Assembly: GCA_022729235.1 (NCBI GenBank)
Contig: JALDAJ010000001.1
Location: 320,001-384,000 of the forward strand
Direction: 5' to 3'
Source of the DNA: Candidatus Nanohalarchaeota archaeon
GTDB lineage: Archaea > Nanohalarchaeota > Nanosalinia > Nanosalinales > Nanosalinaceae
DNA: 64,000 nt
Part shown: positions 19,334-29,108 of the stretch, piece by piece
Numbering within the stretch: the first letter of the stretch is position 1
Layout of the letters: every line of letters starts with the position of its first letter
Made by a program: the position numbers and the translations under genes
The notes under the pieces: generated by a model
What the model saw: the letters and a program-made list of their open reading frames with translations, nothing else
Databases searched by the model: none
Told to the model about the DNA's origin: nothing

Positions 19334-20128
19334 ATGGGTATATTTTCCGCGGTTAAAAGCTTTGTAGTAGAAAACTTCTGGCACCCTGCAACAGGTATAG
19401 CAGGACCATATAACGTATTCAATACTTCTGTCTATGCCGTATTGTTTGCAGTTGCAGCAGCTTATCTCGGCTATCCCTTACTGAATAAGCTCGGCGTCGC
19501 ACTTGACAGGCGTTTCTTCATCGGTATCACACCGTTCGTGTTTCTCGGAGGTGCGACAAGAGTCCTCCATGACCGGGCGGTAATCGATTCCGTACTACTG
19601 GTGACTCCATTTATCTATATCATCATGTTCTTCCTGACTGTTTCACTGCTTTTTGCATCACTCTACTTATTTGGTGACGACTACTACAGACCCCTAGCCG
19701 GTGCAGGATCGGCACTATTACTCGCCGTACTAAGTCTTTACAGCTACAGCAACCTGGGTGCGCTGGCGCTTACACTGGGCATACTCTCCACGGTACTGGT
19801 TACAGGATACTTCCTCCTGAAACACACCCGTCCCGACCTCCTGACCTACAGCTTCGGTATTCCTGTAGTAGCGCATTACTGGGACGCATCCACGACAATT
19901 GTAGCCCTACGTTTTGGAGCGACGGAGAAGCACGTGCTCGCGAACTTCTTCATCGACCTGATGGGCTCCAGCGGGATGATAGTTATGAAGACTCTAGTGA
20001 TTGTGCCCGCGGTCTACTACATAGACAGGGAACTGGAAGGTGACGAGAAACAGTACTATCTCTTCCTCATCGCCCTACTGGGAATCGCGCTGGGAGTGAG
20101 AAACATTCTATCCGTGATGTCGGTCTAA
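19334..20128 (+). CDS. DUF63 family polytopic membrane protein
   Basis: YNVFNTSVYA, PFVFLGGATRVL, AHYWDASTT, EKHVL and LGIALGVRN motifs. Confidence 0.85.
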   Translation: MGIFSAVKSFVVENFWHPATGIAGPYNVFNTSVYAVLFAVAAAYLGYPLLNKLGVALDRRFFIGITPFVFLGGATRVLHDRAVIDSVLLVTPFIYIIMFFLTVSLLFASLYLFGDDYYRPLAGAGSALLLAVLSLYSYSNLGALALTLGILSTVLVTGYFLLKHTRPDLLTYSFGIPVVAHYWDASTTIVALRFGATEKHVLANFFIDLMGSSGMIVMKTLVIVPAVYYIDRELEGDEKQYYLFLIALLGIALGVRNILSVMSV

Positions 20129-22995
20129 GGCATACAGTAAGTTATAGGACCAATACTGTCGCAACCTGTCAAAGCAGCTCCGTCCTCCGAGCCCTCCCCC
20201 GAGCCATCACCACAGTCTGTATCAGCAGTGTACCCGAGCAGTCTGGTTCTAGAATCTTCTTCATACTCCTGTAGAGTCTCCTCACACAGAACTCCTTCCT
20301 CGACTTCGACCTCTCCACCTGTCTCCAGAAGGATGAAGTCCTCACCCGTGCTCATGAACTCCCAGTCATCAGGATCTATACCTGTCGCTACTTCCTGCTT
20401 GTGATCATCCACCGTGATGTCTCCAACATCGTCCTCTCCCAGTATCTCAGCAAGACCAGGTCCGAAGTTGTATCCAACAAAATCCTCCTTTATCCATACC
20501 AGATCGATTGCAACTTCTCTGCTTTCAATCCTTGCCTCCCTCCCATCTACATCTTCTAGAGGCGTTCTATCCCAGCGATGCTCTCCGTCAGAAGGACCGC
20601 TTACCGCGGTACATCCGATACGAGTATCAATAATCCCGCTGCACTCCGTCATCCATGGATAATCCGCGCCTTCCTTATCACTTCCATTGTACTGCTCGGT
20701 GACCAGTAGCGGGCAGTTGTAACGCGAACCGCAATGCCTGTTATATATTTCAAAACTATCCATCCTTTCCTCTACCGCGACAGTGTAATTAGCCAGGGCG
20801 CGCATCCTGAGCGTCTCCCCGGTCTGGCTTATGTCGTCCGGATTCGATAGCATCATCCAACACGGGAACATGTCGGGCTCGTCGTAGGTCTCGAACCATA
20901 TCCTGTTACCTTCATCATCTTTCAACAGGGTATCGGCGACACTAGAATCAAGCTCCATCATGTTCTCTCCCTCAACCTCCTTGTCAAACGCACACTCATA
21001 TGGACCAGGATCATCCTCCTCCTGCTCTCTCAGCATATTTTCGTACGGCTCAGTCGCATTCGATTTCTCAAAAACGATGCCCTGGACCTGGTACCTGATC
21101 CCGAACCTGTCCGAATTGAGCCCGACATCAACAGCGAACGGGTCAGAGGCATCTATAGGATTTTCCGTAGGCACCATGTCTTCAAAGTAGGTAACCGGTG
21201 ATTCAACCTCTAGCGCTGCCTGAACCGGGGTGTCAGCGGTCTCCGCTACTCTCGTCTCCGTGGTTATCTCCTCCGTAAGCACCAGGTGCTCCTCGTCCAT
21301 CGCCCGGAAGTCCAGTACGCTCTCGGACTCATAGTCATACTTGACTTCCATCATAACCGTCCTGTGTACTCCCAGCGATGGCTGTAGCATCTCGCAATCC
21401 CTGAACGTGAGTCCGTCCCCGAGCTCCTCATCCGCAACCAGGTATCTTGTTCCTGCTGTAGCGGTGCCCGGATATAGATCATTCCCTGTAAACTCTTTTC
21501 CTCTATCCTCTACTCCTCTCGCGTCATGCGCGTTGATTCCTCTCCAGCCGGTGTCACAGTACTCCTGATCACTGTCTATCACTCTTATCCGGTAGCTGAC
21601 ATTCTCAGCAGGAATCCCGTACACCCCATATCTCGGATTCGAAATCCTGAAACTGACCGGGATTTGGTGATCCATATTCCCTCTTCTACCTACCTCTATA
21701 CGTTCACCCTGACCTACCTCGAACCCATCTATCTCCAGGCCGAATTTATCCCCTACTGCTTTAGAGGTAGGTCTCTGGGTGTTGTTCGCCGCCCACTGCC
21801 TGTAACACGCGGTTGCTGCTTCAGGGTCCATAGGATTGTTTATATAACAGGATGCACGGTTGCTCACCTGGAAACCTACGCCCTGCAACGGCGCGAACTC
21901 CGTCTCTATTCCTGCGAGGTGTCTATCCTCGAACTGACTGGTATAATGTTCCCCTACACCCAGGATCCCGGCTGCAAACCCTAGTATGTAAGGACCGGTA
22001 AAGTAGAGGAAAGTAAAGTATACAACAGTAATAATTACACCCGTCCAGAAGAACACTACAAATCCAATCGCGACTAAAAAGACGAGCGACCAGAAAATAG
22101 CCCATAAAATCGCAACTATCACGATTAAGATAGTTCCGCCGGAAGCACCTACAGCACCTCCTGCTCCTGCAACAGCACTTCCTTCTCCTACTACACTGGT
22201 CGCGGCAGTCCTGGCACCCTGTTTAGCAGCCTGTCCAGCCGCCTTTTTGACCGTCTGTTTCCCTGCCTGCTTCTCAAACTCTTTCATTGCCTGATTAACT
22301 CCCTTTTTACCTGCCTGTCTTGCTTCTTTCTTTGCCCTGTCGGCTACAAGATCTGAAGCCTCATTCATCTTACTCCTGAGCATACTGCCTCCAAGAGGCA
22401 AATGCTTCTCCGCACTCCTACCTATATTATTGAATGTCTCCAGGATGTCATGCGGTATTATCGAACCCCTGCTCCCTGACGGAGCCTTCGCCACTGCATC
22501 CATATCGCCCTTAAAGAACTTCGCTGCAAACGTGAAACTAACGAAACCGAAAACTGCGGGAAGCAGCCACATCAAAAGACCTGCAACGCTCATTATACCT
22601 CCGCCAATAAAACTCATTCCGATACCGGAACCTATCATATCAAATCCTGCTTCAAAGAACGGTCGTCCTAAAACAAGAAAGAAACCGGCGTAGGAACAAA
22701 GGATAACAGTGCCAGCCAAAACCCTGTGGTCCGTCGCCGCACCATAACCTTTCTGCCAGAATTCGACTGCTTTACGCTCGCTCCTGAGCAGTACATAAAT
22801 CGGGAGCTGGACAAATATCCAGATAGGGATTCTGAAATACACAAGATAGCAGAGTCTTGCAGCCAGACCTGCTGAGAAAATTACCACGCCAAGAACTATT
22901 CTACCTCCTCTATACAAGAACACGTATATGAATAAAGGCGCCATCGCGAATGGCAGGCTGATAAGGACTAACAGTAACCATCCCCACCACTTCAC
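20125..22995 (-). CDS. Large multi-TM protein with an extracellular domain related to lipoprotein family A
   Basis: 956 aa. N-terminal TMs, K/A/Q/G-rich linker, TM hairpin, then a Cys-rich acidic ectodomain with VKYDYES, TPVQAALEV and ANYTV. Confidence 0.75.
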   Translation of the reverse strand: MKWWGWLLLVLISLPFAMAPLFIYVFLYRGGRIVLGVVIFSAGLAARLCYLVYFRIPIWIFVQLPIYVLLRSERKAVEFWQKGYGAATDHRVLAGTVILCSYAGFFLVLGRPFFEAGFDMIGSGIGMSFIGGGIMSVAGLLMWLLPAVFGFVSFTFAAKFFKGDMDAVAKAPSGSRGSIIPHDILETFNNIGRSAEKHLPLGGSMLRSKMNEASDLVADRAKKEARQAGKKGVNQAMKEFEKQAGKQTVKKAAGQAAKQGARTAATSVVGEGSAVAGAGGAVGASGGTILIVIVAILWAIFWSLVFLVAIGFVVFFWTGVIITVVYFTFLYFTGPYILGFAAGILGVGEHYTSQFEDRHLAGIETEFAPLQGVGFQVSNRASCYINNPMDPEAATACYRQWAANNTQRPTSKAVGDKFGLEIDGFEVGQGERIEVGRRGNMDHQIPVSFRISNPRYGVYGIPAENVSYRIRVIDSDQEYCDTGWRGINAHDARGVEDRGKEFTGNDLYPGTATAGTRYLVADEELGDGLTFRDCEMLQPSLGVHRTVMMEVKYDYESESVLDFRAMDEEHLVLTEEITTETRVAETADTPVQAALEVESPVTYFEDMVPTENPIDASDPFAVDVGLNSDRFGIRYQVQGIVFEKSNATEPYENMLREQEEDDPGPYECAFDKEVEGENMMELDSSVADTLLKDDEGNRIWFETYDEPDMFPCWMMLSNPDDISQTGETLRMRALANYTVAVEERMDSFEIYNRHCGSRYNCPLLVTEQYNGSDKEGADYPWMTECSGIIDTRIGCTAVSGPSDGEHRWDRTPLEDVDGREARIESREVAIDLVWIKEDFVGYNFGPGLAEILGEDDVGDITVDDHKQEVATGIDPDDWEFMSTGEDFILLETGGEVEVEEGVLCEETLQEYEEDSRTRLLGYTADTDCGDGSGEGSEDGAALTGCDSIGPITYCMP

Positions 22996-24150
22996 TTACT
23001 CTTCCACCCTTTCACTCAGTACCTGGAAGTTGTTTAGCTGGTAGGCTGTGTCGCTGCTGATAACTACTACGTTATCGCCTTCGATAAGGTCTTCTGCAGA
23101 CACTTCCACCTCGTTTTCCCCGTTTTCAGGCGTCAATTCATATACTTCCTCCCCGTTAATCTCTATCTCCATAGGTCTCGGTGAAGGCAACATCTGCTGG
23201 TAGTCGAATCTTACCAGTGTCCGTGTATCATCGCTTTGGGCAAAGCTGAGTTCTGCACTATCCATCTCGAACACGTCCCTGAGCGTCTGGGTGTCCGTAG
23301 TACCTATTGAACGCATCGTCACCTGGGCGTTTTCTATCTCATACTCCGCTTCACCATCAGTTTCAAACGTTATGGAGTTGTAACCCGGGACCAGGTCTGC
23401 ATCTCCACGGTCAAGCTTGACTTCTTCTGCAAGAACTCTGACCTGTTCATGGGAGTATACCTGATTACCGTTAACATATATTTCAAGAGGGTCTGTCCTG
23501 ACCGAACTGGCTATTCCGAAGGTCAGTTCCGCGTCAACGAAGTCCTGTAACTCGTAGTCGTAGATACGGAACGAGTCTCTGTAATCATGGAACCTCCTGT
23601 CGTTTACCGTGACCTCTACATCTTCAACAGTATATGTGGTGCTGGAAAGTAGTCCTCCCCTGGTTGTTCCGAGCACTATCTCGTTCATACCGTGATTTAG
23701 TACGCCTTCAGGGATCTCTACATCCTGGCTGCTTCCGGATATCATCTGTTCCTCGAAAACTCTTTCATCATTCGCCTCGACGTATACTGCTCCGTCACCG
23801 TCGCGACCAAGAATATCGAATTCAACGTTACCTTCCCGGGGCTGTGTCGCGTTGTACTCCACAACCACATTATCGCTTCCGAAAAGCCTGTTTTCCAGTC
23901 TTTCCTGCCTTGTCCTGTACGCCTGTACGTCCCCGCGCGTCTCACCGACCGTGAAATCTCCGAGGGTTACAGTGCGTAAATCATGCTCGGCGCTCCCTAC
24001 CTCTCCAAAGCTTTCTGACATGAAAACAACCTGTTCACCGGGCTCTTCTCCTGTAACTTCGAAGTCCTGCGCCACTATAAACGCCAGACCGAACACGGCG
24101 AGCCCTACAACTATTATTACCGGGAACGGCGGTATCCCATCATCTCCCAT
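22996..24150 (-). CDS. Membrane-anchored beta-sandwich repeat surface protein
   Basis: N-terminal TM and three repeats like (V/I)x(A/V/I)NG...L..G.N.I. Confidence 0.7.
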   Translation of the reverse strand: MGDDGIPPFPVIIVVGLAVFGLAFIVAQDFEVTGEEPGEQVVFMSESFGEVGSAEHDLRTVTLGDFTVGETRGDVQAYRTRQERLENRLFGSDNVVVEYNATQPREGNVEFDILGRDGDGAVYVEANDERVFEEQMISGSSQDVEIPEGVLNHGMNEIVLGTTRGGLLSSTTYTVEDVEVTVNDRRFHDYRDSFRIYDYELQDFVDAELTFGIASSVRTDPLEIYVNGNQVYSHEQVRVLAEEVKLDRGDADLVPGYNSITFETDGEAEYEIENAQVTMRSIGTTDTQTLRDVFEMDSAELSFAQSDDTRTLVRFDYQQMLPSPRPMEIEINGEEVYELTPENGENEVEVSAEDLIEGDNVVVISSDTAYQLNNFQVLSERVEE

Positions 24151-24203
24151 ATAGTAACGGTATAGATTCGAGGTTTTTATTTGTGGTCTGACCGGAGATA
24201 GAT

Positions 24204-25193
24204 ATGGAACTGCTTAAAACGGATAGGAGCGATGGGTATGCGAAGATAAGGGTCGAGAACGAGGATGACCTGTGGTACCTGAAGGACATAATAGGAAAAG
24301 GAGACAGGGTCAAGGCGATGACTCAGAGGACGAAACTGGACGGTAGAGAAAAGAAAACGCTGAAACTTACGCTGGGAGTCGAGAAGATGAATTACGAGAA
24401 AGGTCGCCTCAGGGTCACAGGAGAGATAACACACGCAGCGGACGACGTTGAACTCGGCTACCACACCTTCAATCTGGAACCAGGGAAAGAGTTCGAGCTA
24501 TGGAAGGAGTTCTCAGGTGATGAGTGGTCGCGCCTGCAGGAGGCGGAGACAAAAGAATCGTACAAGGTGCTTTTCTGCCTGGTGGAGAAGGGAAAAGCCG
24601 ACCTGTTCCTCGTGGAAGAATCAGGTATTTCCGATTTGTCCAAGCTACAGGAAAACATTCCCGGCAAGCTTTACGACGACCAGGAGACAGGGGAAGAGTT
24701 CCACAAAGAAGTGGTGAGCGTGATAGAGCGCTCCGCGGAGGGAGTTGACAACGTTGTGCTCGCCGGACCAGGCTTCCAGAAGCAGAAAGTCCATAATCTC
24801 CTGCCAGAAGATGTGACGGATAAGACGCTTATCGAAGATACGTCCTCAACCGGCGAGACCGGTCTCAATGAGGCAATCAAGCGCGGGGCGTTGAAGAAAG
24901 TGGTCGAGGAGTCCCGCGTAGGCGAGGAGACAGGGCTTGTCAAAGATTTCCTTGAGGAGCTGGAGCAGAACGGGAACGTGGATTACGGAGAACCTGTGAA
25001 GGAACTTGCGGGACAGGGAGCTGTCAAGAAGCTTCTTGTAACGCAGGAAAAATCCCGGGAAGAACAGGAATTAATCAGTACTGTTGAGCAACAGGGCGGA
25101 GATGTAGAGATGATTCATACCGATCACGAAGCCGGTAAGAGACTGGAGAACTTTGGAGGTATAGCTGCTTTCCTACGCTATAAACCGAAGTAG
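24204..25193 (+). CDS. pelA: mRNA surveillance protein Pelota
   Basis: ENEDDLWYL, RLRVTGEI, GYHTFN, AGPGF and FGGIAAFLRY motifs. Confidence 0.95.
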   Translation: MELLKTDRSDGYAKIRVENEDDLWYLKDIIGKGDRVKAMTQRTKLDGREKKTLKLTLGVEKMNYEKGRLRVTGEITHAADDVELGYHTFNLEPGKEFELWKEFSGDEWSRLQEAETKESYKVLFCLVEKGKADLFLVEESGISDLSKLQENIPGKLYDDQETGEEFHKEVVSVIERSAEGVDNVVLAGPGFQKQKVHNLLPEDVTDKTLIEDTSSTGETGLNEAIKRGALKKVVEESRVGEETGLVKDFLEELEQNGNVDYGEPVKELAGQGAVKKLLVTQEKSREEQELISTVEQQGGDVEMIHTDHEAGKRLENFGGIAAFLRYKPK

Positions 25194-26309
25194 CTATGGT
25201 CGGGACTGGAGGGTTACAGGAACATCAAGTCTTTCGCCGTCGCGTATAACAGTTACATCAACTGTCTCCCCGACTTCTGTCTCCCGCTCAAGATATAGAA
25301 GGATGTCGCTTATATCATTCATATCTTCGCCGTTTATCGCCACTATCACATCCCCTCCGATAACTCTTTCTCGACCATCTATCTCAATGGTCTCGTTTCC
25401 GGCTCTTATGCCTGCTTCATCTGACGGACCGCCATCAACAACTTCGACAATGTGGAAACCTTTCTCTTCTTCAAGATCCATCTCCTCTGCTATATCCGGA
25501 TCAATCGTCGTTCCAGAGACTCCTAGCCATGGGTGCTCATGCCCTCCTTCACCTATGATCTCTGATACTACTCGCTCTACAGTGTTTGAAGGTACCGCAA
25601 GCCCTACCCCGGAAAAGGCTCCGGAACGGGTCTCGATAGCGGTGTTGACACCTATGACCTCTCCTCTATCATTAAGCAGAGGTCCTCCAGAGTTGCCGGG
25701 ATTAATCGCGGCGTCTGTCTGTATAACATTAGGAATCGAGAAATCGCCTTCGGTCCTTATAAGACGGTCTTTCTGTGAGACTATTCCTGCGGTCATTGTC
25801 CCACTGAGACCGAACGGGTTGCCGATAGCGATCGCTGTCTCTCCTACCTGGACCTCTGTCGAGTCAGCTAGTTCAAGAGGTGTCAGTCCTTGCTTATCTA
25901 CTTTAAGAACCGCGAGATCTGAGTAGACATCGTGTCCAACCACCTCTGCGTCCACTGTTTCCTCTTCGGTGAAGGTGACCCGGATATCCTCCGCTCTTTC
26001 TATGACATGATGGTTCGTCACTATGTATCCTTCATCTGAATAAACGAACCCTGAGCCCTGCACCGGTTCAGGACCAGTAGAGCTTATCGAGACGACCGAC
26101 TGGTCCGCCCTCTGGAAAAGCTCTGTCAGAGAGGTCTGGCTAGTATGATCCAGTTTTATCTCGCTCTCCTGTCCCTGTAGCCCCTGGACCTGTTCCTCAA
26201 TACTTTCGATCCTGTCATCCATCTGCTGGTACATGAGCGCTCCGCCAGTAACGGAACCGAAAAGAAAAATCGCCAGCGCTCCCAGGGCTTCTGTTTTCCC
26301 TAAATCCAT
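25194..26309 (-). CDS. htrA: HtrA/DegP-family serine protease with PDZ domain
   Basis: GSGF, TNHHV, DLAV and QTDAAINPGNSGGPL motifs, plus an N-terminal TM. Confidence 0.95.
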   Translation of the reverse strand: MDLGKTEALGALAIFLFGSVTGGALMYQQMDDRIESIEEQVQGLQGQESEIKLDHTSQTSLTELFQRADQSVVSISSTGPEPVQGSGFVYSDEGYIVTNHHVIERAEDIRVTFTEEETVDAEVVGHDVYSDLAVLKVDKQGLTPLELADSTEVQVGETAIAIGNPFGLSGTMTAGIVSQKDRLIRTEGDFSIPNVIQTDAAINPGNSGGPLLNDRGEVIGVNTAIETRSGAFSGVGLAVPSNTVERVVSEIIGEGGHEHPWLGVSGTTIDPDIAEEMDLEEEKGFHIVEVVDGGPSDEAGIRAGNETIEIDGRERVIGGDVIVAINGEDMNDISDILLYLERETEVGETVDVTVIRDGERLDVPVTLQSRP

Positions 26310-26346
26310 GACTAAGTTAAAGAGAAGGAGTTTTTTATGACCACGG

Positions 26347-27243
26347 CTATCCGAAGGTTAGTGCGTACATCCTCGTTTTTCTATCCGGACTTAGTGTTAG
26401 CTCCGCCTTCCTGTACTGCGCCTTAATCAATGAATAAAAACGTGGCTTCTTCGCCCGCACATAGCTCCTGCCACCTTCCACTCTCAGGTCTTCACCTGCA
26501 AAAGAATGTGGAACCGGTTCTCCATCAATCCTTACCTCGATATCGCGTATACCGTCGTTAGGCTCCGCGACAATCCCGACCTCAGATGCCCTGAAGTAGA
26601 AGAAAAGTTCGCCGTCATCAGCTTCCAGGTACTCTCTCTCCTGCCGCCATTCCCCATCTAGATACACCCTGTCCAGTTTTCTGTTACCCGGCGCGGAAAA
26701 CTCTTTTTCACCCCTGAAGTTACCTCTACTATTTATGCCCCGGCACCCCTGGAAACCCAGGTATGTCCCCGGAGAGACTTCCCTGTCCGTTCCACGGTCT
26801 TCCTGGACTACCTCCTTCTCTTCTACACCCAGGGTGTCCGCTATGGCTGTCTCGATATCCTTTAATCGGTCTCTACCGCTGTTCTGCCAGACTATCTCAC
26901 CGTCCCGGACCAGAAACTGTCGGGCACCCCGGTTCACCCCGTAAGCCTCCCTGATAGCGCTAGAGGCTTGTGCGACAGGATAACTTATTCCCTGTCTCTT
27001 GACCTCTGCCTCCAAGTTACCAGTTTTACGCTCGAACCCGAACTCCGGGTTATGTACGCCCACAACATCCAGCGGGTATTCACCGTGTATCTTCTGCAGT
27101 TTCTCTGCTCTATCCAGACAGCACGGACAGCTGTAGGACCAGAAATCGAGCAGGTACTCTCCTTTACCAATAGACTCTGGACCATAATTCAGCCAGTCCT
27201 CCACCTGTAGTTCTGGTGCCCGAGAGTTCAGAAGCGGCATCAA
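26347..27243 (-). CDS. DipZ-like thioredoxin with a C-terminal beta domain
   Basis: DFWSYSCPCC, GVHNPEFGFE, SPGTYLG and YALTFG motifs. Confidence 0.8.
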   Translation of the reverse strand: MMPLLNSRAPELQVEDWLNYGPESIGKGEYLLDFWSYSCPCCLDRAEKLQKIHGEYPLDVVGVHNPEFGFERKTGNLEAEVKRQGISYPVAQASSAIREAYGVNRGARQFLVRDGEIVWQNSGRDRLKDIETAIADTLGVEEKEVVQEDRGTDREVSPGTYLGFQGCRGINSRGNFRGEKEFSAPGNRKLDRVYLDGEWRQEREYLEADDGELFFYFRASEVGIVAEPNDGIRDIEVRIDGEPVPHSFAGEDLRVEGGRSYVRAKKPRFYSLIKAQYRKAELTLSPDRKTRMYALTFG

Positions 27244-27273
27244 CTAGGATTTAAGTCTGGCTGTAAATAACGC

Positions 27274-27654
27274 TTGTGTATGGACTGGAGAAAATACCTC
27301 TTCGAGCTCACACCTCTCGCGAAAGCGGATAAAGAGGTACGTGGCTTCCTGGAACAGGGACTGGAACCTCACCAGTTCGAGAGGTACGAGAAATCATTGA
27401 ACAGGTACCGGTACGTCAAAGTTACTCAGATCGTCCTGAAAGTGCTTCTCTACGCAAGTATAATAACTTCGGTTGCAGCGACCGTCGGATTCAGAGGCGA
27501 GTTAATAATCCTGGAGAGATTAGCCTCCTACATCGGTACGACAGTTATACTTCTCCTGTACATAGTCACCAGTTATGTGGCCTTGATAAGGCGTGAGGCG
27601 TACCACGTCCAGCGCGAAATCCTTCTAGCGCAGGCAGACTGGAGCGATTACTAA
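27274..27654 (+). CDS. Small 2-TM membrane protein
   Basis: 126-aa ORF with two hydrophobic segments. The real start is probably the second Met (MDWRKY). Confidence 0.65.
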   Translation: MCMDWRKYLFELTPLAKADKEVRGFLEQGLEPHQFERYEKSLNRYRYVKVTQIVLKVLLYASIITSVAATVGFRGELIILERLASYIGTTVILLLYIVTSYVALIRREAYHVQREILLAQADWSDY

Positions 27655-28235
27655 CCCGTCCTTACCTCGTGACAGTCCCTGCACCGTGCTTCGTATTTCT
27701 CGTCAGCTCCCACAACGATAGTAGGGTCATCTCTATGGGCAGGGTCTCCATCGATTATCCTCTGGGTTCTGGTCGCTGGTTCCCCGCATTTCACACATAT
27801 CGCCTGTAGTTTGTCAACATACTCAGATCTCGCTATTAACTCGTGGACAGGTTCGAAAGGTTCGCCCCGGAAATCCGTGTCAAGCCCTGCCAGTATAACT
27901 CTACGTCCGTTATCTGCTAACTTCTCACATATCTCAATAAGCTCTGCAGAGAAGAAGTTCGCCTCGTCAAAAGCCACTACCTCCTCTCCATTAAGCCTCT
28001 CCTCTGCTTCCCCAACATCTTCGGGATCAATAACCTCCGCCTCCCACTGCTTCCCGTTATGCGAGCCGATGCTGTCCTCGCTGTAACGGTCATCTATAGA
28101 CGGCTTGAAAACCACAACATCCTGACCGGCGATCTCCGCCCGATCCAGCCTTCTTATCAGTTCATCAGTTTTACCGGAAAACATGCATCCCGTGATAACT
28201 TCCATCCATCCACCTGAAAGAGAGCGGGGACTCAT
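27651..28235 (-). CDS. tdk: Thymidine kinase
   Basis: GCMFSGKT P-loop, DEANFF, GLDTDFRGEPF and YEARCRDCH motifs. Confidence 0.96.
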   Translation of the reverse strand: MSPRSLSGGWMEVITGCMFSGKTDELIRRLDRAEIAGQDVVVFKPSIDDRYSEDSIGSHNGKQWEAEVIDPEDVGEAEERLNGEEVVAFDEANFFSAELIEICEKLADNGRRVILAGLDTDFRGEPFEPVHELIARSEYVDKLQAICVKCGEPATRTQRIIDGDPAHRDDPTIVVGADEKYEARCRDCHEVRTG

Positions 28236-28268
28236 CAGTTCAAAACCGGAAACCTGACGATTAAGTAA

Positions 28269-29057
28269 CTATCCTCGACTGAATATTTCTCTCAGCTCCA
28301 AAATCTCTTCCGCATCGTTTTCGTCCGTAGTGTTATCGTTTCTCAATAGCTCCAGGTTCTCCCGGTGAAACGGCGGTGAGAAGAATCCCAGGTATCTGAA
28401 CTGGGCTTCGATGAGGGGCTGGGTGTGAGGCACCAAGAAGCACCTGCATCCCTTCTCCCGGTAGAGATGTCGCGCCATCTCACCCATCTTGATTCTTTCC
28501 TTCCCTGCCGCGTTAAGAGTCTCGTTATTGTAATCCTCCAGAGTCTCGACTATTAAATCCGTGAAATCATCACCATGAATAGGTTGCATCTCAGTCTTGA
28601 TATCTGGGAACAACCTTGTGAACGCGAACTTACCCATAAGTTCCAGCAGTTTGTTTTCCTCACCGTAGACAGTCGATGGGCGGATAATAGTGTAGTCGTT
28701 TCCAGAGTTTTCCACGAGTTCTTCCGCCGCCTTCTTCGTCCTGAGAAAGCTGTGATCGATCTCGCCCGCGCCGAGCGCGCTTAGATAAATCACTTTACCG
28801 CAGTCGACAGCATCCAGCAGGTTCTTTGTCCCCTCAACATGGACCTTCCAGTACTCTTCCTCTCCATGGAAACCCGGCGAAAGACCTATAGTATGTATAA
28901 GAACATCGAAATAGCCTTCCACATTGAAATCCCTGGTGATATCCTCCTCGTAGTCCGCATCAGAACGGTCCAGGTAATCTACATCATGACCCTGCGACTC
29001 CAGCTTTTCGCCCAGCCTTGAACCGATGAAACCTTTACCTGCGATTAAAACCTTCAT
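28269..29057 (-). CDS. Atypical SDR / NAD(P)H-binding protein (NDUFA9-like)
   Basis: GKGFIG, HVEGTKNL, LSALGA and IIRPSTVYG motifs. Confidence 0.8.
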   Translation of the reverse strand: MKVLIAGKGFIGSRLGEKLESQGHDVDYLDRSDADYEEDITRDFNVEGYFDVLIHTIGLSPGFHGEEEYWKVHVEGTKNLLDAVDCGKVIYLSALGAGEIDHSFLRTKKAAEELVENSGNDYTIIRPSTVYGEENKLLELMGKFAFTRLFPDIKTEMQPIHGDDFTDLIVETLEDYNNETLNAAGKERIKMGEMARHLYREKGCRCFLVPHTQPLIEAQFRYLGFFSPPFHRENLELLRNDNTTDENDAEEILELREIFSRG

Positions 29058-29108
29058 ACCCTGAAATAGTCGATACGTATTTAGAACCGTTGTGGTGTAG
29101 AACCACTA

